From NCBI GenBank assembly GCA_963741205.1, contig CAVUHW010000026.1:32001-96000 (forward strand): a stretch of DNA of 64,000 bases, given 5' to 3'. Below, one piece after another: positions 10,118 through 21,932 of this stretch. Under the pieces are notes generated by a model that saw nothing but the letters and a program-made list of their open reading frames with translations, was not told the origin of the DNA and did not search any database. The first letter of the stretch is position 1. Every line of letters begins with the position of its first letter. Origin of the DNA: Nitrospirota bacterium. GTDB lineage: Bacteria; Nitrospirota; UBA9217. The translations under genes were made by a program, and so were the position numbers.

Positions 10118-10637
10118 GCCTAACAAAGTAGCAAATTAGATACCAGTTTTCGGACAAAAGAGCCGGCTGTCCACTTTGAAGGTGATAGAGTAGGGCACAT
10201 CGCGGGAGAGGGACAATGAGAAAAAACTAAAGAAGATCGTCGCAATGGCGCCATAACGCGTTAGTGGATTTAAAAAACCATTGATTCAACAGGTTCTCGG
10301 CGCCATGACAGTTTCAACAAACAGCAACAAGGACCGCATATAAGGCTCGAATAAAATTTAGATTAATAATAGATTACACATTATAACTGCACTCTTCACG
10401 ATATTTTTTTTTAGCCATGCTTTGGGTCAACTGAGGGCGGTCCATTTTCCTTCTGCTTCGTAACAAAAAGTAATGGTGAAGAAGAAAAAAAAGATACGAA
10501 AAGTAACCAGACAAAAGGGCCGTGCCGACCTTCGAAACCTTATGAAAGCAAAACAATAGCACTCTCAATAAGTCGCCGGCCACGAACCGATGTGAATTGT
10601 TACTGGTCTTAAAAAATGTAGCGCTTAGCAAAAAGGA

Positions 10638-10730
10638 TGTCATTCCCGATCTCAATCATCTCATCTGAGCGGGAATCCATTTTTAAATAATGGAACAATG
10701 GATCCCCGATAGAGATATTCGGGGATGACA
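10638..10730. repeat. REP-like doublet (TGTCATTCCCG...GGGAATCCA / TGGATCCCCG...CGGGGATGACA)
   Basis: two inverted palindromic units; same family recurs at 22482, 26450, 27543 and 51700. Confidence 0.8.
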
Positions 10731-10811
10731 TACCAGTTGATATGTGATTAAAGATATACAATAACGCGACAGACAATTAAACTGCTAACCGGTACAACCT
10801 CCTGATTATTC

Positions 10812-10820
10812 TGCTATAAT
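10812..10820 (+). promoter_or_regulatory. extended -10 (TGCTATAAT) upstream of the FixC-led locus
   Basis: about 70 nt before ATG 10893, which has a GGGAG RBS. Confidence 0.5.
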
Positions 10821-10892
10821 CTGTCTATCTTTTCAAGACAACGCGTGTCCATTCAAACTTCAATCTTTCATCTCGGATATCCGGGAGTATCC

Positions 10893-13095
10893 ATGATAAA
10901 TTACAGGTTCGACGTCGTCATCATCGGCGCAGGTCCTGCCGGTGTGACCGCAGCAGGCGCCCTCGCGGGCAGCGGAATATCCGTTGCCTTGCTCGAGGCC
11001 GGGGTGTATGCAGGCGCGGAAAACTGGTCAGGCTGCGTTTACTTCACGGAGAGCCTCGCGGATCCGGACTGCTTCGGGTCTGCCGCGGTCGAGGCAGCTC
11101 CCTTTGAGCGTCGTGTGACGAGACGTGGCACGCTCCTCCATAACGGCCTGGACGTGGTTGGCGTCGAACTCACTGAGCCTTCGGCCTTCAAGAACTGCTA
11201 CACCGTGCTCCGGCCGGTCTATGATCCCTACTTTGCGCACCTGGCCTCCGCAAAAGGCGCCGTTCACATCACGGAAACGACCGTCACCTCGCTCATCCGA
11301 AAGGACGGCAGGGTCATCGGCGTCCAGACGAACCGCGGACCTCTCTACGCCGCTATCGTCTTCATCGCCGAGGGCGACGCGTCCCATCTCGTTCGGTCGG
11401 AACAGCTCGAACGCGTTCCGGAGCCTCACTACCTCCAGGGCGTCAAGGCGGTGCTCTCGCTCGCTCCGGAGGAGATCGAAAAGCGGTTCGACCTCAAGCT
11501 CGGGCGAAGGCTGCGCGTACGAGATTCTCATCAGGAACGCGCAGATCGCGGGAAGGACCGCGAGACTGAACGTCGGGCGGCTTCCTGTACACGAACAAGG
11601 ACAGCCTGTCTCTGGGTTATGTCCTCCCCCTGGACAATCTGAAAAACCATTACCAGGGCGACCACGACCGGCTCTTCGAATGGATGAGGGGCCTCCCTTT
11701 CATCAAGGAACTCACCGGTGACGCGAAGCTCTCGGCATACGGCACCAAAATCGTCAGGAGCGGCGGATGGAGCGAACGGCCGGTCCTCGTCGAGGACGGA
11801 CTCGCTGTGGGAGGCGCGTCTGCGGGGCTCGGTATTGACATTCCCTTTCCGAATTTCACCGGCCCGGCCTCGGCCACGGGACTCCTGTTCGCCCGCGCAG
11901 CGAAGGTTATTCTGGGCAAAGGCCGCACTCCCGATATAAAAAACCTTACGAAGGAATATCTCGTGCCGCTCCAGCGAGAGCGTATACGGAAAGAACGCGC
12001 GGTATCTTTCCCAATGGCCCCGCTATTTCGGAAAGTCGTCCGTGCTCTTCGGAAGGACCGTGGACATGGCCTGCGGCAGCGCGCATTTCCTTTCGACCGG
12101 GAGTTATGTGGAGACGGGGAGGTTCCTCAGAAAGCACATCCTCTCCTTCCGCGGGCTCAGGGAATCGACAGGCGACACCCTGCGCGCGATTGGCAGCCTC
12201 CGGCTCTGGAAGCCGATCGTCAAGACGATCGTGAACCCCGTCACGTGGGGCACATGGATTTCAAACATCCTTTCGCAAAAAGCCTGCCGACAAGCGCCTA
12301 GAAATCATCATGAGCATCGGAGGCAGACGGGTAGAGGCATCTTCCCTTCCCTGGCCCGCGGGCCCGCTCCTCAAGCGCCTTTCCCCGGCTCTCTCCCGCG
12401 CCATCAGGGCGGTCTATGCCAATGACGATGTCCCGGCTGAGAAGAAGTTTCCCGAGGCCATCGAGATCATGATCCAGTCTCTGAGCCTTTCGGACTTTAT
12501 CGTACTTCCTCTCTTCGGCCTTACCCTCTTCTGCCTATCTGTCCTCACCGCGTCGTGGGACGCCTTCCGGTTTTACGTGCTCAAGACGCCGGTCGCAAAG
12601 CTCCTCGCGGAGCCGGTGATGGCATACAACGAGGAGCAGAGAAAGGCGCGGGACCTCGACGCGATAAAACCCGCGATCGGATTCGAGGCCAAGCTCGCGA
12701 CAAACACTTACCGCGTGGGGAGCGAGTCGCATATCAGGACGCTCTGGCCCGCGTCGCTCGTATCACAGCCCGAGATGTCGCGGGCCTCGCTGTGGTGGGT
12801 CTGTCCTGCCCGGGTATACGGCTACGATGCGCCGCTTTCCGGCCGCGGTAAAGTAACGGTGAATTTCGAGAACTGCATCAAGTGCGAATCCTGCTGGAGG
12901 GCCGAGCCGCGTGCCGCCCTCTGGGGCAGGCATACGGACCACAAACTCATCTACCGCCCCGAGAGCGGCGCGATCCCGGCGCTCCTGGATTCCTCTGAAG
13001 CGATGGACCATCCCGCCTCCACCCCCCCCGTCAAGGGAGGGGGAACTCAACCCCTTGTTCCCTGGTGGGAGAGTGCAGGGGAGAGGGAGAGTTGA
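10893..13095 (+). CDS. FixC-like ETF:quinone oxidoreductase fused to a FixX-like ferredoxin (about four frameshifts); probably the N-terminal part of a larger fusion
   Basis: DVVIIGAGPAG FAD motif and FLYTNKDSLSLG; the FixX Cys set VCPARVY...NCIKCESC is in frame with the FixC-proximal region; stitched from ORFs 10845, 11125, 11684, 12042 and 12310. Confidence 0.8.
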
Positions 13096-13109
13096 GCTTC
13101 CGTCGATGA

Positions 13110-16100
13110 AAGCTCTGGAACCTGAACGAGGATATTCTTCTCGCTTCCCGTGAAGCGAAAAGCGCATCGGCCGCTTTCGTCGATGCTGTCTCGAAGCTGC
13201 CCGCGTCAGCGGATGAGGGCAGAAAGGCCTGGCCCCTTGCTCTCGGAAAACGGCTCGGCGCGAAGCTCCAGAGGCTCGAATCAGCCCTCTTGAACGACGG
13301 CAGGCACGAGCCCGCACAGGTCATTCAGTCCGATCGAAAAGACATAGAGCAGCGCCTTGCTGATGACAGGCTCTTCCATGCGCTCTACTGCTGTCACCGG
13401 CTTGAACAACGGCTCGATGCATGGTTGTCAAATACCCCCTTCGCGAAAAGGGGGATCGAGTTACGTCCCCCGACGCCGGCCCTGAGCGTAGCCGAAGGGC
13501 AAGGGGCGGACAATGGAGGACTCGCGGTTTCCTATGAAGAAGTTTTAGCGATCTTCCCGGACCGGATCGTGAAAGAGTGGGAAGAGGCGCCCATGCCCGA
13601 AACGTGGGTTGGAACGCTTCGAAAATTCATCGCCGAACATCGCGAGGCCCCTCTCGAAACGATACGCGCCCTCTCCTCGGTCAGCCCGGCACTGGGCCTC
13701 ATTGCAGCGCATCAGTTCTCGGCGCTGACCATTTTAAAAGAAGGCGGCATCAGACTCGACCCTGGCATCTGCGCGGTGCGCGCCGACCATCTTGACATCC
13801 GGGAGAGCATCGACACGCGTCCATCTCACGGGAACGCTCAAGCTCATCCCCCTTGCCGCATGCAGCGCCATCCTCATCATCGCGCGGGAGAGAGGGCACC
13901 TCGTCCCGCTCTCCTCCGCGGGCATCACGGTCACCCCCACTCCCGCGATCGGATTCCGGGCCGCGGGACTTGCCGATGTTGCGCTCAACTGCACCGTAAA
14001 GAAATACGCTATCATCGTTCCGGAAAAATCAGCGGATCCCGACGCAGCATCATACCTCGCCATCGCCCTGGGGGCAGGCGATTATCTTTGCAAGAGGATC
14101 AAGGAGCATGCACTGGGCCGGGTCCAGTTCCCGGGTCAGATGCTCGACACGGAAGGACGTGACGGCATCGCGAAGCTCGGCGCGGTCAAGGCCATGATCG
14201 CCAGGACCGAGGCCTGGCGCCTCCTCCTGGAAACGCTGTACGACACTATCATCATATCCTCTCCCCTCGGGGGAGAGGACAGAGGTGAGGGGGGTTCGCC
14301 GCATTCCGCACTCCGAAAGGAGCCCGCCCTCGAAGGCTTTTATCGGGGGCAATCCGAAATCCACCTTGATCTTCTCTGCTCCACCCTCGCCGCCCTTGCT
14401 TACAGCCCCGAGCCCGGCAGCATGGGTTACGACGCGGGACAGGTCTTCGGAGGTTTTGCCTATTCCGAGGATGACCTCTTGTCTCGTTTCTACCGCGACA
14501 GCGCGCTCTTTCGGTTTCTCGCCCCCGGATACGGGGCCGCTGAAAAACTGAACGCCTCGCTCGTTACCGGCATTCCGCAATCCGCATTTCGAGACGAGCC
14601 CCTGAATAAACTTGCCCGAAAGCTTGCGGAACTCGACAAAAAAAACGCCTCCCTGCCGGAGAATGCGGACCCCGGGCTTGCCGGACAGGCGAAGGCTCTG
14701 GTCGTCGGCATACAGCTCGTGCTTGCGAAGACGGAGGACGGGCTCGCTTCCGGTGAAAGCATGGAGGCCGAGGCAGCGGCTGCGGAAGTGCTGATCGGGC
14801 TTGCAACGGATGCATTAAACAAAGCGGCGTTGTCCTCCGGATGGGGGATGGTGCAGCCGGCCGCATTCCTTCCCGTGGAACCGGTTGGCAAGGCGGTCGC
14901 GCTTGACCCGGATTACGAGTCCTTCTGTACGGCAGCCGGGACACCGCACAAATCGGGCGGTTTTTTCTTCACGACCTTCGACCGCTCACCCCGCTTCGTT
15001 CCCGAGATACAATTGCACGATCCGCGCCTGCGCGCCCGCTGGACGGAACTCGCCGGCTGGTTCAAGAAGAACTGCCGGGACCGGAAATACGACGGGCTCT
15101 TCATCGAACGGTATATCGAAAAAATCCACGGACTTCCCCCGGAGGTAATCGAAGCAATCAAAGAGCGCGGCTGGCTCGCCACCTATATCCCGAAATCGGA
15201 GGACGGCCTCGGCTGGCGCAAGGCCGAGTACTACATCCTGAATGCCGTGGCCGGGAGCTTCGGCGACGCGGGCATCAACCTGCTCATCATGGCGAACACG
15301 AGCATCGGCACCACTCCCATCCTCCTCGGGCTCGAGGAAGAACTTCCGCGCGTACGCGAGGAGCTCGCTCCCCTGGCGCAGGACTCGAACAAGCTTGGAG
15401 AGATAGGCGCAAGGCTGACGAAGCTCATCGCGTCCTTTCAAAACCCCAACCCCTCGTGGATCAAGAAAGAGTACGAGGCGGTGATGAAGCTCGTTGACGA
15501 GCGCATCCGCCATACACGCGTGGTCAAGTACCTTGCCGCCAATTTCCTGCGCGCTTTCTACGGCGCAGGCATTGCCGGACGTCGCGGGGACTTCGGCGGA
15601 TTCATGACGAACCTCAGGCGGGCCGCGGAATTGTTCGGACACGTCATGCCCGATGTGCGCGCAGCGCTTGAGGAACTCCCCCGGCGGGAGCGCTGCCACC
15701 GCCTTTTCCTCCGGTACCTCGGTCACGGCGCGGTGAGCGCCTTCGCCCTGACCGAACCGACGGCAGGCTCTGATTCCGGAGGCGTCAAGACCACGGCCAA
15801 ACTCAGGATCGTCAAGCTTACCCCCCTCGAGGACGGCAGATACGCCTTCCGGCTCGATGAAAGGGACGAAACAAGCGTCCGCTACCTGATCGACGCGGAC
15901 AGGATCATGTTCCTCGAACACGGCATCGCGTATCGGACTCCGGATGGCGAGTCTGCCCCGATCCGGTATGACCGCTATGACTACGCCACGGACCTGGGCA
16001 TCCGCGCTTACCGCTATCAAGACAAGGACTGCGAGTTCCACGACATCGGCCAGGTGCGTTCGTCCGACGCTGGTCCGGTGTATGAATTCTTCAGCCTCAC

Positions 16101-17200
16101 GGGCGCAAAGATGTGGATCACGAACGGCAGCATCTCGACCCAGCTCTGCCTCTACGCGCAGACGACGGAGGGGGTCACGGGCTTTATGGTGGACCGGCAT
16201 GCGGAAGGCCTCAAGGTCGGCGCGGACGAGAAGAAGATGGGGCAGCGGGGTTCGCCCACGAACGAGATATCCATCGACAGCGTGCGAGTGCCGCGCGAGG
16301 CCGTGATCGGGTACGAAGGTCATGGCCAGGTGAACGCACTCGAGACGCTGAACGTGGGACGCTGCGGCCTTGCGGTCGTTTCAACCTCGCTCATGCACAA
16401 GCTTCTGGAAGAGGCGACGCTCCTGGCGCCCCCGTCTCGCGAGCGGGACCGCCTCCTTGGCGAAGCCGCAGCGGTGCTCTTCGGGAGCGAGTCCCTCGCC
16501 TTCTACCTGATCGGCCTGTTCGACCGGCCCCATGAGTCGGTCCGCATGGAATCGGCCGTCGCGAAGTACGCCTGCTCCGAGGACATCCACGAACTGATCT
16601 CGCTCGTGGAGCGCGCCTTCGGCCCTGCCGGACAGACCGAAAAATTCCTCCTTGAGAAGGCGCGGCGCGACGCACGCATCCTCACGATCTACGAAGGCAC
16701 GAATGAAGTACAGCGATTTTTGATCCTGAAGGACCTTATCGCCCAGGCAGCGGTCTGGCCCGAGCTTGCGGCAAACCCGGATGACGCGAGGGCCGCAACG
16801 CTTGCTTCATGGAAGAACCGCCTGAGAACGTTTGTCAGGAATGCGGCGGACCTGCTCGGCGACACAGCCTGGTCCGATGCCATGCTCCAGCCGGCGTTCT
16901 TTCCGCTCGCGGAGATGGCCGCGGAGACGCTGCGGCTCGAGTGCATTTACTATCGAATTGAATGGCTCGATGCGCGAAAGGAGCTTCTGGCGCAGTCCGG
17001 ATTGGAATATGAGCCCCTTATCAAGGACGCCGGCAAAAGGGCCGCGGAGAGGACCGTGTCGCGCCTCGAAGGGCTCCTCGCAAAATATGAGCCTCTGTGG
17101 GAAGAAGTGCGCATAAACCATGATCCGGCAGAGGTGCGCGCAGCCGATGCGGCGCTCGACCGGGCTGCTGTACCGGCGAGCGCGCTTCCCGGGCGGATGA
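13110..17200 (+). CDS. tandem acyl-CoA dehydrogenase domains (first degenerate, second intact); frameshift near 13815
   Basis: ACAD1: RVQFPGQ...AGQVFGGFAYSEDDLLSRFYRDS. ACAD2: AFALTEPTAGSD, GAKMWITNG, EKKMGQRGSPTNEI, RRDARILTIYEGTNEVQR. Confidence 0.85.
14257..14362. repeat. composite palindromic repeat inserted in frame in the ACAD coding sequence
   Basis: perfect IR TCCTCTCCCC/GGGGAGAGGA at 14257-14279, CCGCATT heptamers, and REP-like GCCCTCGAAGGCTTTTATCGGGGGC at 14326-14350. Confidence 0.7.
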
Positions 17201-18961
17201 CGCCGCTTCTGGCCCCGTTCCGGGTGCTCGCCATCCTCCGTCCCGTTGCCGATCTTGCGCCCTCTCCCCGACCTGACCGACGGTTCGATTGCCGAGCTCG
17301 TGTGGACCGGCGATCCCCTCGATTGCTCCGGCCTTTTCCAAGCCCTGACGCTCAAGGAGCAAAGCCTTGCGAAGGTCGACGTAGACGTGCTTTTTGTCGG
17401 CGGACCCGAGCACGAAAGTGTCCTTCGCTCGTCCGCCGCCGGGGCGGACAGATTCATGCGATTGGACCACGGCCACGGCTCACCCGCGGCGCTTGCAGAC
17501 GCAGTGCGAACGCTGGAGTTTTCTGGCGCCTATGACCTCATTACGATCGGGTCCCTGTGCCGCGACGGAGAACAGGGCATCGGCGCATACCTTGCCGGCG
17601 CTCTCGGAAGGACGCACTTTCGGAAGGCCCGGCTCCTGATTCGGCAGGACGGACTGGGGCTGGAGCATATAACGCCGCCGGCTGTCGTCGAAACTACGGG
17701 AGCGACTTCTGCCCGCGAGGCGCATATCGCGAAGATCGTTGAAGCGGCGTCAGCCCGCGTCACAACGCTCCATTCCTCCGACCATGCGGCCGCTACCCTG
17801 CTGCCGAGGTTCGAACGTCCTGCCGGAGCCGCGACCTCGACAAAGACGATGACAACGGTGTCCGACATTGCGGATTATCTCAAGACTTATGCCGCCAGGG
17901 CCCGTTCAGCCCAGGCGGAGGAATACCGGGGAAGCGTCATCCCGGCAGGTCCAGCCCATGGGAATGCAGTCTGGGCGGCCCTCGACCCGCGGGAAATGAA
18001 AGCAAACGCCGCGATCCTTTCCGCAGGCAGACAGCTTGCAGACCTGTTCGAAATGCCCGTAAACGCGGTCATACCCGCGCCGCGTGCCCTTTGGCCGCAG
18101 CTGGCGGGCCTGGCGCGATCGAACGGCGCGAACTGCGCCTACTGTCTCGACACCGGCGCCGGGATGCTCTCCATCGAAGGGAAGCGGGAACTTTTGCGCA
18201 TTCTCTCGAAAACTGCGGAACGGCCCCTGGTCCTCGGCGGCTCATACTGGATTGATGCCTTCGGGCTTGTTGCCGGCGAACTTGCTGCCCGCCGGAGAAA
18301 CGCGCGCGTAATCGGAAATGTCGGAGCGATTTCGTCACAAGACCGCGGGGCTGCGCTGCTTTCGATTCCCGCCTACGACGGCAGGCTCATTCGGAAGGAA
18401 CGACTGGAGCAGGGCGCGGCGTTCCTGACAATCTCGCAGGACGCAGGAGTCAGGGCGGAGAAAATCCAAAGCGACTTTTCCGCTTTCGCACTCGAGTATT
18501 CGCTCAGCGAGACGTGGCTCATGCCCCTTCCGGCCGAAGCCGGACCGACCCTCACCCAGGCCGACGTGATCATCACCCTGGGCTACGGGATCAGGGACCG
18601 CGCTGGTCTGGAACTGGCGCAGGAACTCAAGAAGAAGCTGGAGGCCCTGGGACTCACCCCCCTGTTCGGCGCCACGCGCAAGGTGACTCAGGATTTAAAA
18701 CTCCTGCCGCTCGAGGCGCAGATAGGCCAGACCGGCGTCCGCGTAAACCCCGGTCTCATCATCGCCCTCGGCATCTCCGGCGCACCGCAGCACATAGACT
18801 ATGTTGGCACACGGGCCGAGATCCTCTGCTTCAACAAGGACCCCGACGCGCCCTTGATGAAGCTGAACCAGACTCGTCCCTCGCCGCGGGTCCATCCCAT
18901 CTCCGGGGACCTCTTCGTTACGGTGAGGAGAATTGATCGATAAACTAGGGCAACCACGTTA
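17200..18961 (+). CDS. ETF beta-like domain fused to ETF alpha domain, continuous with the ACAD ORF (frameshifts near 17270 and 18928)
   Basis: RVLAILRPVAD...DPLDCSGLFQALTLKE (beta-like) and ATRKVT...QIGQTG...IALGISGAPQH...FNKDPDAP (alpha FAD domain); the alpha and most beta motifs are in ORF 17246..18943. Confidence 0.85.
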
Positions 18962-19004
18962 GACAAGACAACTCATCTTGCGCAATAAGAATTGGAGACG
19001 GGAC

Positions 19005-19688
19005 ATGATCCGTGCTAAAGTTATTTCCTTCATCGCCTGGGCCATGATTTCTCTTTGGGGCAGGACGGCGCGCATCCTTTTCGAGAATCGGGAAATAGCG
19101 GGCCGGCTGAAGGCGGAGGGGAAAAGCTTTATCTTTGCCTTCTGGCACGGCGACCTGTTCCTGCTCACGTACTCCCACCGGGGGTCAGACGTCGTCATTC
19201 CGGCAAGCGAAAGCAGAGACGGCGAGATCATGGCAAGGCTCTTGAAACGCTTCGGCTACCATGTGGTGCGCGGATCGAGCAAGCGCAAAGGGGCCAGGGC
19301 CGCTATCGGCCTTATCGAAGGACTGCGCAGCGGGAGACATCCCGCCATAGCCGTAGACGGTCCGCGAGGTCCCCGGCATGAAGTGAAGGAGGGTGTCGTA
19401 TATCTTGCCGGCAAGCTGAAGGCGCCTATCATTCCCGTTGCAGCGAGGGCAAAACGTTATTGGGTTTTGGAAAAAACCTGGGATAAACTCATGATCCCCG
19501 CCCCTATGACGGACGCCCTGATATTATACGGCGAGCCGGTTATCGTCAACGGCACTTCCGAAGAGGAGATCGAGTCAAAGCGCAAGGAGTTGGAAAGGGT
19601 CATGCTCGGGCTCACGCAAGAAGCGCAAACGCGTGCAGAGGCAAAGGCCTCGCCTTCATGGTGGTCTCGCTGGAGCAGAGTGGGTTGA
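19005..19688 (+). CDS. DUF374 lysophospholipid acyltransferase family protein (LpxJ-like)
   Basis: FWHG, SESRDGE, RGSS and DGPRGP motifs. Confidence 0.85.
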   Translation: MIRAKVISFIAWAMISLWGRTARILFENREIAGRLKAEGKSFIFAFWHGDLFLLTYSHRGSDVVIPASESRDGEIMARLLKRFGYHVVRGSSKRKGARAAIGLIEGLRSGRHPAIAVDGPRGPRHEVKEGVVYLAGKLKAPIIPVAARAKRYWVLEKTWDKLMIPAPMTDALILYGEPVIVNGTSEEEIESKRKELERVMLGLTQEAQTRAEAKASPSWWSRWSRVG

Positions 19689-19732
19689 TTAAAAGGAAAC
19701 CGATAGCACGGGACTTTTTGCTTTGTGCGACA

Positions 19733-20740
19733 TTATTTTTTCGTCAGGAGAAATTCGAATACGTAGAGGATCAGGAGCACGAACCATCCGCCGAGGATGA
19801 TGAATTCGAGCGTCGCGCGGTAGGAAACGCTGAAGTTTTCCGTCGCCATGGTGTAGATGTCTTCAAGTGTGTCGAGTTTTTCCTTGATTTCGGCCTTCCA
19901 GTTGTCCAGGTGAAATTTCTTCGAAATGAGGGAGTAGAGCTTTGCGGAATACCAGTCGCCTATCAGCTTGATGTTCCGCTCCACAGCCTCCGACTCCAGG
20001 ATCGACAGCGTCCGGATCTCGATGATTTCCTTCACGACCTTCCTGACTTCTCCGGAGCTGATGATGGGAAGCCGTTTCGAAACGCCCATGAGACGCAGGG
20101 TCTTTTCGAGCCGTTCGTCGAGATCGTAGTCGAGTATGCGGGATTTCAGAAGCTGGAGGTTGGCGATCTCGAAAAGCTCGATATTGCTCTCGAAGTCTCC
20201 CGAGGAATCGAAAATGAACGCGCCGTCCCAGTCCACGATCGTGATGTCGTCCTTGCCGTATTTCAGATAGGTGGAAAGCGTGGCCTGCACCTCTTCCTCG
20301 TCGAGAGCGATTTTTTCGTTCTTGAGAAACGCGGCAATCTTGTCCCCGTGCAGGGTAAGGTAGACTTCCGGGTCTCCGCTGTAGCCCGATATGCAATAGA
20401 CGCTGTACTCCTCGTCGAACTGAGGGTCGCAGCCGAACTCACCCAGGATTTTCCTGCATTCCCCGATAAGCGAGCGTTTGAACTCCAGCGTGGTGTCCGC
20501 CAGGATGTCGTCCATGTCGAGCGAGGCCTCGACGACCACCACGTCCGGTAAATACGCCTTGACCACGAAACCTACCTCGACGTCCTCGACCTCGTGATTT
20601 TCGACCTTGATGATTTTCTGTTTGGGGATGACGTCCGGGTAACTCGGGGCGCTTTTGACGGCCTTGAACTCCACGACATTGGAGGTCTCGAGGTTCATTC
20701 CGGTCTCACCGAAGAGAAACACGACGAGTCTGCCGGGCAT
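19733..20740 (-). CDS. hypothetical protein, RMD1/DUF155-like, with a C-terminal TM segment
   Basis: long ORF with strong codon bias; VDWDGAF, ANLQLL and GDWYSAKLY motifs, terminal LEFIIL TM; start uncertain. Confidence 0.6.
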   Translation of the reverse strand: MPGRLVVFLFGETGMNLETSNVVEFKAVKSAPSYPDVIPKQKIIKVENHEVEDVEVGFVVKAYLPDVVVVEASLDMDDILADTTLEFKRSLIGECRKILGEFGCDPQFDEEYSVYCISGYSGDPEVYLTLHGDKIAAFLKNEKIALDEEEVQATLSTYLKYGKDDITIVDWDGAFIFDSSGDFESNIELFEIANLQLLKSRILDYDLDERLEKTLRLMGVSKRLPIISSGEVRKVVKEIIEIRTLSILESEAVERNIKLIGDWYSAKLYSLISKKFHLDNWKAEIKEKLDTLEDIYTMATENFSVSYRATLEFIILGGWFVLLILYVFEFLLTKK

Positions 20741-20807
20741 CGGTTTTATTTCCGGGTCCAAATCAGTTCACCTTCCAGAGACTTTGATACATTGGTAAAC
20801 GAGATAT

Positions 20808-21320
20808 TCATTCTTCCGGCACTTCCGGCTCATAGGGAAACTCATCGGCGGTCAGGGCCTGAAATCCGAAAACGGCCAGGGAGACAAGCCCCCATGCCAG
20901 ACCCACGACCACCCCGCCGTCGATGATACCGCGCCAGGGTTGCGCAAGGAGCCGCACCAGGATGACCAGCACGATGATTCCCGCGGTCACGGAAAGGGAC
21001 GTGATCTGCCGACGCCGCGGCGCATGAAAATATGCCATGCAGAACAAGGGGGCAAGAAGCATGTGGAGCATATTGCGATGAGTCAGGAGGTACCGCGCCC
21101 GGGCGGCAACGCGCGGAGAAAACGCCTTCTGAAACGCCCGGTATCCTTCTGCATAGGCCATGAAAAAGACCACAACAACGAAGCCAGTCCAGTGGAGCCA
21201 GTGCCATTGATAGGAAAAGGCATCGAGCGCCAGCGGCGTCAGCCGGAAAACAGCGCTGCCCAGCAGGAGGATGACCCCTGCCAGTCCCCAGTATGCCCCG
21301 CATTTTCCTGTCACCTGCAT
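20808..21320 (-). CDS. conserved hypothetical membrane protein
   Basis: four to five TM segments, YAEGYRAFQKAFSPR and PWRGIIDGGVVVGL; GGAGG RBS before ATG 21320. Confidence 0.7.
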   Translation of the reverse strand: MQVTGKCGAYWGLAGVILLLGSAVFRLTPLALDAFSYQWHWLHWTGFVVVVFFMAYAEGYRAFQKAFSPRVAARARYLLTHRNMLHMLLAPLFCMAYFHAPRRRQITSLSVTAGIIVLVILVRLLAQPWRGIIDGGVVVGLAWGLVSLAVFGFQALTADEFPYEPEVPEE

Positions 21321-21470
21321 TTCCTCCGTGGAGTGGAATCGCGATGGGAAAATCATATGGTGGTCAGCGTGGGAGAGACAGTAACCGGGTTTGCTGTCGA
21401 TGTGGTGCGCTCCGGACAGCGGTCTGAGAGGCCTTACGATATCTATCGATGAGCCAGCATCATGGCCTTG

Positions 21471-21788
21471 CTATTTATGACATTTGGCGCAGTTCGCTTT
21501 TTCCTTAACGTCAAAAGACTTCCCACCGTTGTGGCATTTCCCGCAGAAAGCGCCTTTCGTAATCTGACTCATGTCCATGGCGTAAGATCCTTTGCTCATC
21601 TGGAACACATGGTAGTGGCACCCCGAACACTTGATGCCTTTGGAGCTCACGTGCTTTTGATGGCTGAAGACCACCGGCGCGGCGTCTTTGGACGAAAAGG
21701 TCAGATCGCCGCCTCCCACTTGATCCGCCCCTGCGCTGAAGGGGATCATAAGACAGAATAAGAACCAGACTACCGCAGCCTTTTCCAT
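21471..21788 (-). CDS. triheme c7-type periplasmic cytochrome
   Basis: signal peptide, VVFSHQKH, three CxxCH motifs (CSGCH, CGKCH, CAKCH). Confidence 0.88.
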   Translation of the reverse strand: MEKAAVVWFLFCLMIPFSAGADQVGGGDLTFSSKDAAPVVFSHQKHVSSKGIKCSGCHYHVFQMSKGSYAMDMSQITKGAFCGKCHNGGKSFDVKEKANCAKCHK

Positions 21789-21932
21789 GTTCCCTCCCCC
21801 TTTAATCGTCGGTCGACACTAACGTAGTATAGCAGAAATTAACGGGAAACCGTGACACGTCCCTGCGTCCATGATATATTCTTAGCAAATTTCTAGCCCT
21901 GATGGTGTGATCACGATCACAAATACGGGAAG

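Noticed and set aside
10374-10655. 93-aa ORF in the AT-rich divergent promoter region
   Set aside because: It starts inside a REP element, has no RBS and shows atypical composition.
13093-13095. TGA after the FixX domain as a possible selenocysteine
   Set aside because: It falls in a repeat-derived linker with no redox motif. A real stop or an indel artefact is more likely.
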